Positions 1-12,030 of a DNA stretch of 64,000 nucleotides are shown here, piece after piece. Position 1 is the stretch's first letter; each line of letters begins with the position of its first letter. The position numbers were made by a program, and so were the translations under genes. The notes below the pieces were generated by a model that saw only the letters and a program-made list of their open reading frames with translations, was not told where the DNA came from and made no database searches. This DNA comes from Octopus sinensis (taxonomy: Eukaryota): the NCBI RefSeq assembly GCF_006345805.1, contig NC_043009.1, positions 23,560,001 through 23,624,000 of the forward strand. Direction: 5' to 3'.

Positions 1-109
1 CATTGCAGCTGTAACCTTTCCGCCTTTCTTTGGACATCTATGATAATATACAAAGTGTCCCATACTTTTTGAAGATGGAATGACGTCTTTTTCCATAATC
101 TCAGGTTAA
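1..109 (-). CDS. Candidate internal coding exon of an unidentified host gene (runs off the window)
   Basis: Minus-strand acceptor tttttctcaaccaaatctcactcacaaag|TT. The phase-1 frame is open to position 1 (NLRLWKKTSFHLQKVWDTLYIIIDVQRKAERLQLQ) and is phase-compatible with the candidate exon at 6553-6697. No homology recognised. Confidence 0.2.
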
Positions 110-390
110 CTTTGTGAGTGAGATTTGGTTGAGAAAAACTATGTGAAAGCTTGTGTGTGTGTGTGTGTGAGTGCATGTGTGTATGTATGTATATATACAT
201 ACATGTATATATTAATTATATTTCAGGATGGCAAATTTTTTTTTGGTAATAAAAACATGCATTATATATTGATTCTTCACTCGTTTATCTGGAAATCTAC
301 CATCACACATGTGTGACCTCTTCAGCGACACTTTCCATCCTCCTATACGCTCCTTCTCTGTTTAGTCCATTCTGTCCTTATATATATATA

Positions 391-764
391 TCATCATCAT
401 CATCATCATTTAACGTCCATTGTCCATGCTGAGATGAGTTGGAAAATGGTTTAACTGGACTGGCATGCTAGAAGGCTGTGCCAGGATCTAGTCTGATTTG
501 GCATGGTTTTCTATGGATGTATGCCCTTCCTAATGCCAACCATTCCGAGAAGGTAATGGATGCTTTTATGTGCCACCAGCATGTGTGTCATTTGCATGAT
601 AATGATATCTGCCATGACTGCGATTTTGCTTGGCTTGATGGGTCTTCTCAAGCATGACATAATGCCAAAGGTCTTGGTCATTGCCTCCGTGAGGCCCAAT
701 GCTTGAAAGTTATTCAGTAACTTTGCCTTCATCAGGCCCAATGCTCGAAAGGAACTCAGCCACT
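391..764 (-). mobile_element. 5'-truncated RTE LINE 3' end with (GAT)n tail
   Basis: Ends ggacgttaaatgatgatgatg on minus and encodes the degenerate C-terminal peptide LQALGLTEAMTK. Same 3' UTR as the RTE at 22587-24138. Confidence 0.75.
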
Positions 765-780
765 ATATATATATATATAT

Positions 781-1105
781 GGCTCAGTGGTTAGAGCATC
801 GAGCTTATGATCGGGAGGTTATCAGTTCGATTCCCGGACCAGGCTGCAAGTTGTGTTCTTGAGCAAGACACTTTATTTCATGTTGCGCCAGTTCACTCAG
901 CTGTAGAAAAGAGTTGTGACATCACTGGTGCCAAACTGTATCAGCCTTTGCCTTTTCCTTGGATAACATTGGTGGCGTAGCATGGAGAGGGGAGGCTGGT
1001 ATGCATGGCAGACTGCTGGTCTTCCCAAACAACCTTGCTCGGACTTGTGCCTCGGAGGGTAACTTTCTAGGTGCAATCCCATGGTCATTCATGACCAAAG
1101 GGAAT
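781..1105 (+). mobile_element. tRNA-headed SINE, family C
   Basis: A box ggctcagtggttagagc and B box agttcgattccc, then a CORE-like ttgtgttcttgagcaagacactttatttc. Second copy at 5624-5905. Confidence 0.8.
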
Positions 1106-1134
1106 CTCCCTCCTCCTCCTCCTACACATATATA

Positions 1135-1275
1135 TATTGGTTTCAAATTATGGTACAAGGCTAGTAATTTGGAGGGAAGGGAGTAAGTTGATTACACTGA
1201 AAGGAAAAGTTGATCCCAGTAGCATTTGAACTCAGAATGTGAAGTTGGAAGAATGCCACTAAGCATTTTGTCTGA
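1135..1275 (-). mobile_element. SINE family B fragment, interrupted by the CR1-like LINE
   Basis: Carries the B tail (ctagccttgtaccataatttgaaacc on minus) and the B-box region gagttcaaat. The sequence breaks off where the LINE starts. Confidence 0.65.
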
Positions 1276-3245
1276 CGAAGAAAGTTAAACGAGAACGTTG
1301 ACTCAGAGATATTGCTTGGGCTGAATTCAAAAATCTGGATTCGACTGCAGCTTTTGAGGTGTACAAAACTCAACGAGACCGAGCCGTGAAAATTGAAACG
1401 AAAGAACGCTTCAGTTATGAATACAAAATCGCGGCAAATGCCAGTAACAATCCAAAAACCTTCTTTGCCCATGTCCAGCGGAATTCCCGCTTGAACAACC
1501 AGATTGCAACGTTGGTAGACTCAACAGGCGTATCGATTGAGGACCCTTATCAACAGAGTCAATTATTTGCCGAGGCTTTTTCAACTATTTTCAAACAAGA
1601 TGATGGTCGTGAACCCCCTCCATTTGATAGATCAGTACCTCCAATGCTTCGATTGATCATCATGCGGGACCAAGTCAAACGTGATATTCAAGGCCTCGAT
1701 GTCAACAAGGGTCACGGCCCTGACGGCATACACCCACGGGTTATCAAAGCGTTGGCTCTGGTCATCTGCGAGCCCTTAACACGACTATTCAATATGTCAT
1801 TGGCGACGGGTGTTATACCTGCAGACTGGAGAACAGCGATAATCTGCCCAATTTTCAAGAAAGGGAGCCGCGAAGACCCGCTTAACTACCGACCGGTTTC
1901 CCTTACATCAATAATCAGCAAGATGTTCGAAACCATCCTTAAGAAAAGTATGATGCTCCACCTCCTAAACACAGCCTCGATCACTGATTCCCAACACGGC
2001 TTCGTGCCGAAGAGATCATGCTTGACCAACTTACTAGTAATGGAAGAATTGGTGACGCGCATCCTCGATGATAGTGATGCTGTTGACATCGTTTTATTGG
2101 ACTTTGCCAAAGCTTTTGACTCGGTAAACCACCGCTTACTACTTGTCAAGCTTCAAGCATATAGTTTCCATCCAGATATTGTACGATGGGTTGGTGCCTT
2201 CCTCTCAGATCGCTCCTTCCAAGTTCAAGTTAATGGTTCGCGGTCCGACGTCTCCAGTGCGAGCAGTGGCGTGCCTCAAGGTTCAGTGCTTGGGCCCTTG
2301 TTGTTCTTAGTCTTCATAAATGACTTGCCCGACGACCTCATGCAACACACCCTTCTATTTGCCGACGATATCAAACTGGTCGCTCCTCGCGGTAGTATAG
2401 AGGATCTTCGTCGATGCCTCCACCAAATTTGGAAGTGGTCTAACGATTGGGACCTGTGTCTGAACGTGTCAAAGTGCTGTCATCTGCCTGTCGGCTCTAC
2501 TCCTGCAACTCAACTTGATTTCGAGCCGGGTCGTCTGCTGCTGGAGAGGACCGATCAGGTAAAGGACCTGGGTATCTTGGTGGATTCCTCCTTTTCGCCT
2601 TCGGCCCAGTGCGTCCATGCTGCCAACAAAGCGCGCGGAATTCTGTTTTTGATTCGACGGTCATTCGGAATGCTCACAGCAGCCATATTCCTGCCACTCT
2701 ATGTCACGCTGGTGAGACCCATATTGGAGTATGGGATTCAAGCCTCTTCTCCTTATCTCCTCAAAGACATACAGCACCTCAAAAGAGTCCAGAGGCTGGC
2801 TACCCGCATGGTTCATGATCTCAAAAATTTGTCCTACGAAGAAAGGCTGAGGACGCTCGACCTTTGTTCTCTTGAAAAACGCCGCCGCCGTGGTGATCTC
2901 ATTCTCGCCCACAACATCATAAGCGGGAAGTGTAACCTCTCGAAAGAGCTGTTCTTCACTCCTGCTCCGGAGCGTCGGCTGCGGGGTCATTCCGAAAAGC
3001 TCTACCTGTGACGATTTCATCTCAATCGAAGGAGAGGAGCTTTCTCCGTCCGGGTTGCGGATCCGTGGAACAAGCTGCCAGACGAGATGGTGAAGATGCC
3101 GACGACCGCTTTGTTCAAAGCCTCCCTGGACCTCAAGTGGCCTGAACTCTTTACATGAACATCACCCTGTACTTAACTCCATGTCCCCCTACATGGCCTT
3201 GCTATTTGCTTTTGAGCCAAATTAACTAACTAACTAACTAACTAA
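1276..3245 (+). mobile_element. 5'-truncated CR1/L2-like LINE (RT region plus 3' UTR), (TAAC)n tail
   Basis: Continuous RT frame from about 1276 to 3158, short 3' UTR, tail taactaactaactaactaactaa at about 3227-3245. Confidence 0.92.
1359..3158 (+). pseudogene. LINE ORF2 reverse transcriptase, with one internal premature TGA at 3009-3011
   Basis: Motifs GPDGIHP, NYRPVSLTS, DFAKAFDSV, GVPQGSVLGPLLF and FADD. The frame continues past the TGA as RFHLNRRRGAFSVRVADPWNKLPDEMVKMPTTALFKASLDLKWPELFT*, the usual CR1/L2 C-terminus. Confidence 0.92.
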
Positions 3246-3268
3246 TTTCAAGTAGCTGCCTTCATATA

Positions 3269-3506
3269 CAGGGGTTGCACAAAATAATTGAAACACCTTA
3301 AAATTTCAAACAAATTTATTTTAATAAGGGGTAGGGCCGCCTTTAGCAGTAATTACAACTTGAATTCTATGAGGTATGGACTTGTACAAAGTTTGAATTG
3401 TTTCCAAAGGAATTTTTGTCCATTCTTCAGCTAAAACAGTCTCCAGTTCTTGTAGTGATGATGGTGGACGATTTTAAGGTGTTTCCATTATTTTGTCCAA
3501 CCCCTG
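3269..3506. mobile_element. Tc1/mariner-type MITE (238 bp)
   Basis: 36-bp TIRs caggggttg(c/g)acaaaataat(t/g)gaaacaccttaaaat with 2 mismatches, flanked by TA on both sides (3267-3268 and 3507-3508). Confidence 0.9.
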
Positions 3507-3595
3507 TACATATATGTGTAAGCTTGTCTTGACATCGGGTAATACTGGGGTGCCACAAACTTGCAGGGATACACACACACATTTATTATACTTTT

Positions 3596-3712
3596 ATTAA
3601 AAAAGTGTTGACAATGACTCCTAAGTTTCAGCTTGCTAGCCTTCATCGAACTGTCTGATGAAGGCCAGCAGGGTGGAACTTCGAAATCACTGTCACCACA
3701 GTTTTATAGTAA
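3596..3712. repeat. Imperfect palindrome, Penelope-like remnant with hammerhead-like cores
   Basis: Arms of about 50 bp centred near 3651. The plus arm reads ctgatgaaggccagcagggtggaac; the minus arm reads cgatgaaggctagcaagctgaaac. Confidence 0.55.
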
Positions 3713-3814
3713 ATATGTATCTATAATAGTATTGAACAACCAACCTTTTAGTTTAATGTAAATTAGCTTTTATTATAATTCAACCAAAAACAAACAATAC
3801 ACACACACACATGC

Positions 3815-3860
<46 letters not shown>

Positions 3861-3916
3861 AGTACAAACAGCTTCCAGCTAATATAAACATAAATACAAA
3901 CATATATAGTCATTCA

Positions 3917-3950
<34 letters not shown>

Positions 3951-4199
3951 GAGAGAGAGATTGATCGATAGATAAGTAGATATAAATATGTGTGTGAAGT
4001 TACATTTTTTATCTTACACTCCAGATCTTTCCATATTTCTCTTTCTCTCTCCCTCTCTCTCTCAGCATCTGTCTTTCTCCCTCCTTCCTCCTCTGAACTG
4101 TTCCTCTACCTACCATATTGATCCAGTGTTAAGTCAAAACTAATTCAGCAGACTCCAATCCAATCTTCATAGCAAGCCATTAAGGCTTTCCCTTCAACC

Positions 4200-4238
<39 letters not shown>

Positions 4239-4574
4239 GATATTCCTTTGTAGAAGAGAATCTTTCCATTTAAATGCATCAATCCAACCAACATTTATCA
4301 TCCACCTATTTGTCTGTATCTTATTGATCTACCTTATGAGATGCTAATGTGTGTGTCTATACACACACATACTTATGTCATTCATATCACAGATGTGTCT
4401 GCCTGTTAATAAGTATCTCTCTCTCTCTCTCTCTCTCTTTCTTTATCTCTCTCTCTCTCACTCTCTCTCTTCTAGCTCATCAACACAGAAAAAATATTTG
4501 CGTGTATAAGAATTGGAAGAAATGTGTGTGCGTGTATACACACAAACATACATATAGATGTATACACACACATA

Positions 4575-4925
4575 GGTGCAGGCATGGTTGTGTGGTAAAA
4601 AGTTTGCTTCCTAACCACATAACTCTGTGTTCATTTCCACTGCAAGTGTTTCTACTATAACCCCAGGCTTGGAAGATGGAAACTAAAAGAAGCTCATATG
4701 TGTGTGTGTGTGTTGCTATTGTCTTATCTTGACTACATGTGACTTCATGCAAGCAGTCTCCTTCATTTCCAATCTTCCATGAAGACATGTCTGGTCATAG
4801 GAAAAATATTACCTTAGTTGGTTGGCAACGGGAAGGGCATCTGGCTAGCCACAGCAAAGCCGCCTCAACAAATCCTGTGCGATCCATGCAAACATGGAAA
4901 TGAAAACATTAAGACAATGATAATA
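4575..4925 (+). mobile_element. SINE with a family-A head and an RTE-type 3' tail
   Basis: Head ggtgcaggcatggttgtgtggt. Tail ggaagggcatctggct...ccatgcaaacatggaa...aacattaagacaatgataat resembles the RTE 3' end. Confidence 0.65.
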
Positions 4926-4934
4926 TCTATATAA

Positions 4935-5213
<279 letters not shown>

Positions 5214-5232
5214 CACACACACACACATATAT

Positions 5233-5612
5233 GTGTGGCTGTGTGGTAAGTAGCTTACTTACCAACCACATGGTTCCAGGTTCAGTTCCACTGTGTGACA
5301 CCTTGGGTAAATGTCTTCTACTATAGCCTCAAGCTGACCAAAGCCTTGTGAGTGAATTTGGTAGATGGAAACTGAAAGAAGACTGTAGTGTGTGTGTGTG
5401 TATATATATATGCATGCATGTGTGTCTGTTTGTTCCCCCACCTCACCATCACTTGACAACTGATGCTGGTGTGTTTACGTCCCTGTAACTTAGTGGTTCG
5501 GCAAAAGAGACCGATAGAATAAGTAGTAGGCTTACAAAGAATAAATCCTGGGGTCGATTTGCTCGACTAAAGGCAGTGCTCCAACATGGCCACAGACTGA
5601 AATGAATAAAAG
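5233..5612 (+). mobile_element. tRNA-headed SINE, family A
   Basis: tggctgtgtggtaagtagc head, ggttcagttcc B box, ccttgggtaaatgtcttc CORE-like block, internal (TG)/(TA) microsatellite, and tail ggcagtgctccaacatggccacagactgaaa. Confidence 0.85.
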
Positions 5613-5623
5613 AATATATATAT

Positions 5624-5905
5624 GTGGAGGCACATGGCCCAGTGGTTACGGTGTTGTACTTATGATTGTGAGTTCAATTCCTGGACCTTCAGATGCATTG
5701 TGTTCTTGAACCAAGATACTTCATTTCATGTTGTTCCAGTTTACTCAGCTGCATCAGCCCCTTTGCCTTTCCTTTGGATAACATTGATAGCATGGAGGTG
5801 GGAAGCTGGTATGCATGAACGACTGCTGGTCTTCCATAAACAACCTTGCCTGGACTTGTGCCTTGGAGGGTAACTTTCTAGGTGCAATCCTATGGTCAGT
5901 CATGA
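5624..5905 (+). mobile_element. SINE family C
   Basis: Colinear with 781-1105. Confidence 0.8.
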
Positions 5906-6073
5906 GTGAAGAGTGTCTTTATACTATATGTGTGTGTGGTGGTGGTGGTGGGGTAATTTATGACATCAAACGAATGTCAGTTTATTATGATTATCCCAGT
6001 CATAGAATAGCTATGCCACATTTCTCAGAAATTTGGCATAAAACAATGGACAAAGATGACCATCGTCACCACC

Positions 6074-6107
<34 letters not shown>

Positions 6108-6552
6108 CCAATCCTTCTTCCTGCTCCTTATTACCATAACATGAATGAGGATGTATAGAGAGAAACAAACAAGCTTTCAGTTGGTTTAATTGTAACACAC
6201 ACACACACACACCAAATCAGAGCAGCTTGTTCAAATTCCGTATCACGTAGGCAACCACCACCACCACCACTATCAAAACCATTAACATATCATTTTCGAT
6301 TCATCCTGTGTTATGTGTGGTGTGTTACTCTGGATGTTTAGTTTTTCAATTCTTTACATCAACAACATCAACTGATTAGATACATGTCTGAGATGTGAAT
6401 AAGATTATTATTTTTCCGAGCTATTAACCTCCTCTTTGGAGATAAAAGTTCATTTACTTATTTATACCTTTTTAAAAAAAATTTTTCTTTATTTTTTGAT
6501 AATAGTAACATCTTCACTCAAGGCTTTAATGGGATTTACATCTGATTATTAC

Positions 6553-6697
6553 CAGGTATTATATTTCTCAATACCATTCTAGGTGTGATGGTGGTGAAGC
6601 CCAGGTCAAAAGACTCATGAATAACCCTTTTGATACCAATCCACTTGAGACCACCTCTACCTGGTTCTATGATACAATCTTCCAATTTTATAGTGAT
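6553..6697 (-). CDS. Candidate 145-bp internal coding exon (unidentified host gene)
   Basis: Acceptor gtttttatttag|ATC and donor CCTG|gtaata. The only open frame gives ITIKLEDCIIEPGRGGLKWIGIKRVIHESFDLGFTTITPRMVLRNIIP. It lies in non-repetitive sequence. Confidence 0.3.
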
Positions 6698-6746
6698 CTA
6701 AATAAAAACACTCCATCAATATTTCAGAGTAATTTATGTTCCAAAT

Positions 6747-7165
6747 ATCATCATCATTTAACGTCTGCTTTCGATGCTGGTATGGGTTGGATGGAACTCG
6801 CCAGCTGTAAAGCTGTCTGAAGTTCCTGTCTGTTTTGGCCTGCTTTCTATGGCTGGATACCCTTCTTAATGCCAACCATTTTGCTGAGTGTATTAGGTGC
6901 TCTTACATAGTACCAGTATGGGTGCTTTGATGTGGCACCAGCACCCACGAACCCATAAGATTAGGATTGCTCCGCTGACAAGGGATCACACCTGTATGCA
7001 AGGACAACCATGATTTCACTTAGCCTGACATGTCTTCTCAAGCACAGCAAATCATCAGAAGTCTCAGCCCCTTGTCATCTCCTCTGTGGGGCCTAACATC
7101 TGAAGATCCTTTCTCACCATGTTATCCCATGACTTCCTGGGTCCGCCTCTTCCACATGTTCCCTA
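6747..7165 (-). mobile_element. 5'-truncated RTE LINE 3' end
   Basis: Minus peptide GTCGRGGPRKSWDNMVRKDLQMLG, RTE 3' UTR and (GAT)n tail. Confidence 0.8.
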
Positions 7166-7390
7166 ACATAATAATCCTTTCTACTATAAGCACAAGGCCA
7201 GAAACATTAGGGAAAGGGTCTAGTCAATTACATCAACCCCAGTACTCAATGGGTATTTATTTTAATGTCCCTGAAGACATGAAAGGCAAAGTCGACCTTG
7301 GCAGAATTTGAACTCAGAATGTAAAGATGTATAAAATGCTGCTGAGCATTTTTGCCTGATGTGCTAAAAATTCTGCCAGCTCACCACCTT
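7166..7390 (-). mobile_element. SINE family B
   Basis: Head ggtggtgagctggcagaatttttagcac and B box gagttcaaattc on minus. Confidence 0.8.
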
Positions 7391-7406
7391 AATAATAATA
7401 ATAATA

Positions 7407-7831
7407 AAGGCCAACAGGCCAGATATAGTTATCAGAGATCATGAAGACAAAAAATGCCTTCTAAATGATGTGTCAATACCAACAGATGACAACGTTTCTC
7501 TAAAAGAAATGGAGAAACTTTCAAAATACAAAGACCTGGAAATAGAGGTAACTCGAAAGTGGAGTCTTAAAAACAGAGACAATTCCTATCACAGTGGGCG
7601 CATTAGGTATGATAAAAAAATATTCAGACAAATATATAACAAAAACACCAGGACTTACAAAAATATATAACATACAGAAAATAGCACTACCAGGCACCGC
7701 ACACATCCTATGTAAAACACTTTCAATACAGTATCAATAAGAGCATCACAACAAACCACAGCACATATCCAAGGCAGACAGGGCTGTGCTCGGTAGTACA
7801 GTGAAAGCATGTTATAAAAACAAGACTACTG
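7407..7831 (+). mobile_element. 5'-truncated R4/Dong-like non-LTR element (REL domain) between (AAT)n tracts
   Basis: Frameshifted peptide ANRPDIVIRD...DVSIPTDDNVSLKEMEKLSKYKDL...TIPITVGALG...IQKIALPGTAHILCKTL. (AAT)n lies immediately 5' (7390-7406) and 3' (from 7832). Confidence 0.88.
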
Positions 7832-7874
7832 AATAATAATAATAATAATAATTATTATTATTATTATTATTATT

Positions 7875-7905
<31 letters not shown>

Positions 7906-7990
7906 TAATAATAATAATTATATTATTATTATTATTAATAATAATAATAATATAATAATAATAATAATAATGATAATAATAATAATAATA

Positions 7991-8021
<31 letters not shown>

Positions 8022-8095
8022 AATAATAATAATAAATAGTAATAATAATAATAATAATAATGATGATGATGATGATGATGATGCTAATAATAGCT
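7832..8095. repeat. (AAT)n/(ATT)n/(GAT)n microsatellite
   Basis: Long compound trinucleotide run. Confidence 0.95.
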
Positions 8096-8924
8096 TAATA
8101 ATGACAAAATTATTTTATTAAAGTCATTTTAATTTTTATACCAATTGAATCAAAGGCAGGGTATTTCAACATAAAATGGTTTACTAAAAGGTTAAAGATG
8201 TTCCAGCCATGACCATCTCATATTTTATTGAGGCATAATCAATCCAGAACAGCACATGTTTGTGTGTGTGTGTCTGTGTTTGTTCCTTATCATCGCTTGA
8301 CAACCAGTGTTGGTATGTTTACATCCATGTAACTTAGTTGTTCAGCAAAAAAAAAAAAAAATTAAGAAAAGAAATACTGGGATCGAGTCACTTGACTAAA
8401 AATTATTTAAGGCGGTGCCCCTGCTTGGCTGCAGTCTAGAAACAAGTAAGATAAAAGATACACATCCGTCCATACATATATAAATATATAATATGCACAC
8501 ACAAACACACACACACACACACATAATGCTCCTTGAGGAGAAAAGGAGGTGGGCAAAGAATTGCATTAAAATTTGCCAAAAATTTTATCTATTAATTCAT
8601 TTAAAATGGGAATTTTTTTTTTGTAGATCCTTCTCAACAGGTGCTTCAACCTGGAGATAAAATTGTTGAAATACTGCCAATATTAAAAAAATTTAATCAT
8701 ATCTGAAAAAGAAAAAAGAATGTTTTGACTGGAGAAGAGGTAGGGAAGCATTCATTGAGTTTACCCATGCGTTCACTATTCCCCAAAACTCTGGGATCAT
8801 ATCTTGAACCCCCTCAAACATGCACACACAGCAGTCAAATAGCTCTATAGAGAAAGAACGAAAAAGAAAGAAAGATAGATAGATACATAAAGAGACAGAT
8901 AGATAAATAGATATATAAAGAGAC

Positions 8925-8962
<38 letters not shown>

Positions 8963-8977
8963 TCTCTATATTATAAT

Positions 8978-11259
8978 TCTGAAATGCAAAAACTTTGTTT
9001 GTCTGATTTTGGCATTGAGAACGGGTTAAAGGCCACTAGATCCCGTCGGATTGACTCCAAAATTTACAGGGAAATGTAAAATGTGAGGATACCAGTGGGC
9101 TAGGTTAGAAATCCCCATCTCAAAAGGTATCGTTGCTAGGGCCAAAAACGCACACTTTGACAAGTCTACTCTCATTCTTTTATGTGTCTGTCTTTCTCCA
9201 TCTCTCACTCTCTTTCCTCCCTTCCTTTCACCTTCCCTCTATAACGGCGTTTCACAGTGTCTACCTCCCTTCCCTTCACATTCTCTTTATAATGTCGTTT
9301 CACAGCGGCTACCTCCCTTCCCTTCAGTTTCTCTCTATAACGTTATAGAGAGAAAGTGAAAGGAAGGGAGAAAGTAATAATTAGTGAATGAGAATAACGA
9401 CGAAGGGTTTAAAAAGCGTAAAAATATTTTCTTTCTCAACTTACGATCTTTTGTTGTTTATAAATGGGAGAGAGATAGAGAAAGATAGAGAGTAAGAGAA
9501 AGCGAGGGAAAGTCTACTATCTTCCCCCGCCACCTTCGACAGCGCTGTCACACTCTCTCTCTATGTCTGTCTGCATTCATAGAGAGAATTATCATCGCAA
9601 CCACCACCACACAATCATGAGAACAAATATTATGAATCAGATATTTATTGGGTTAATTTATATGTGTGTGTGTGTGTGTGCGTGTGTGTTCTATATATAT
9701 ATAATGTATATATATATACAAAGTGTATATATCTGTATTTATATATATATATACATATATATATATATAATTTGTATACATTTATATATATAATGCGTAC
9801 ACACACGCACACACACACACACATAAACATATATATATATAATGTGTGCATTATGTGGTCGGTTGAGCTGAAAATATGCACACCTATGTTAAAAGTGCTG
9901 GCGAGTTTGCATGGTAACTATTTTTTTCCTCAAATGAAAGGCGTGACCTCTAGGACAAAATTCCTCACCTTATAAAATGTGGCCCGAGTAGACCCGAATG
10001 AAATCGGGTTATATTAACCAAAATGTAAAAAGGAGTCTAAATGGGGCTGGAAGGGGATTAAAATTTACAGGAGTGGGTGTTTAGGAATTCTGTTACATCA
10101 AGCTAAAAAATTTGTGCCAGCCTTTTAATCGTCAATGTGTTGCTGTCCATGATGAAGAAGTTTTGAATGCTTGCCATGGTGAGTCTACTGCCGTGAGAAG
10201 AATCACTTCAAAACTTGGTGTTTAGGAATTTTCTTTTACATCAAGTTCAAAATTTTACGCCAGCCGTTAAACTGTCAATACGTTGCTGTGCGTCGTTAAG
10301 AAATGCCAGCCATGGTGACTCTACTATCCTCAGATTCTATCCCTTCAAACTTTGGTTTCCAATATTTTATTATTTTTATTCAGCTCACAAGTTCATCTGT
10401 CCCTTAATGGTTTGCTGTCTGCCTTGAAGCAGACCTTTCCGTTGTCACTGCCTGATATTTATGATTGATCTTTCAAAATATTTTCTTTCTCAACTTACTC
10501 AAGATCTTTTGTTGTTTATAAATGGGAGAGAGATAGATAGATAGAGAAAGATAGAGAGTAAGAGAAAGCGAGGGAGAGTCCAAGAAAAAGGAAGAATAAG
10601 AGAGAAAGGAAAGAAAAACAAAGAAGGAGAATGTAGCGATAAAAAACAGAAAGGAAGCAACAGAGAGTAACAACCACACTCTTAAGCTACTCAATATCTA
10701 TAGATCTGAAATGCAAAAAGTTTGTCTGGTTTTGGCATTGGAACGGGTTAAAGGCCACTAGATCCCGTCGGATTGACTCCAAAATTTACAGGGACATGTA
10801 AAATGAGGTGAGGATGCAAGTGGGCTAGAAATCCTTTTCTTAAAAGGTTTGGTTACTAAAGCGAAAAACGCACACTTTGACAAGTCTTCTTTCATTCTCT
10901 TATCTGCCTGTCTTCCTCCGTCTCTCTCTCTTTCCTCCCTTCCTTTCACGTTCTCTCTCTAACGTCGTTTCACAGCGTCTACTATATTTCCCCCGCTGCT
11001 TTCACTCTTTCTCCCACATCCTCTCTCTCTCTCTACGTCTGTCTGCATTCATAGAGACAATTATTATAGCCACCACCACCACTCAATCATGAGAAAAAAT
11101 ATTATGAATCAGATATTTATTGGGTTAATTTATATATGTGTGTGTGTTCTATATATAAATATGTATATATAATGTATATATACAAAGTGTATATATCTGT
11201 ATTTATATATATATATAATTTGTATACATTTGTATATATAATGTGTACACACACACACT

Positions 11260-11300
<41 letters not shown>

Positions 11301-11830
11301 TGCGCATATATATATATGCATGGCAACTATTTTTTTCTTCAAATGAAAGGCGTGACCTCTAGGACAAAATTCCTCATCTTATAAAATGTGGCCCCAGTAG
11401 ACCCAAATGAAATTGGGTTATATTAACCAAAATGTGAAAAGGGGTCTAAATGGGGCTGGAAGAGTGTTTAAATGGGGTGTTTAGGATTTCTCTGTTACAT
11501 CAAGCTAAAAAATTTGCACCAGCCTTTAAATCTTCAATGTATTGCCATCCATGATGAAGTTTTGAATGCTTGCCATGGTGAGTCTACTGCCTGATATTTA
11601 TGACTGATCTTCCAAAATATTTTCTTTTTCAACTTACTCAAGATCTTTTGTTGTTTATAAATGGGAGAGAGAGAGATAAAGATAGAAAGTAAGAGAAAGC
11701 GAGGGAGAGCCAGAGAGAAAGGAAGAGTAAGAGAGTGGGAAAGTGAGAGAGAAAGGAGAGAGAAAGAAAGAAGGAGAATGCGGTGATAAAAATAGACAGG
11801 AAGCAACAGAAAGTAACAACCACACTCTTA
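8978..11830. repeat. Degenerate tandem duplication of a 1.1-1.7 kb composite unit with internal subrepeats
   Basis: Block pairs: 8978-9200 with 10705-10910; 9560-9680 with 11030-11145; 9908-10190 with 11318-11590; 10449-10690 with 11587-11830. An approximately 140-bp subrepeat lies at 10075/10216. Confidence 0.85.
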
Positions 11831-11860
11831 CCCACGCGTAGATTGGGTCACCTTAAGCTA

Positions 11861-12030
<170 letters not shown>

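Noticed and set aside
781-850. tRNA-like sequences at SINE heads as tRNA genes
   Set aside because: A and B boxes are present but the cloverleaf is broken, and each continues into a SINE body.
1359-3158. Horizontal transfer of the comparatively GC-rich CR1-like LINE
   Set aside because: LINE coding sequence is normally richer in GC than its flanks; no phylogenetic evidence is available without a search.
8627-8706. PDZ-like peptide (PSQQVLQPGDKIVEI) after a strong plus-strand acceptor
   Set aside because: No credible donor before the stop, the NG motif is absent, and there are no supporting neighbouring exons.
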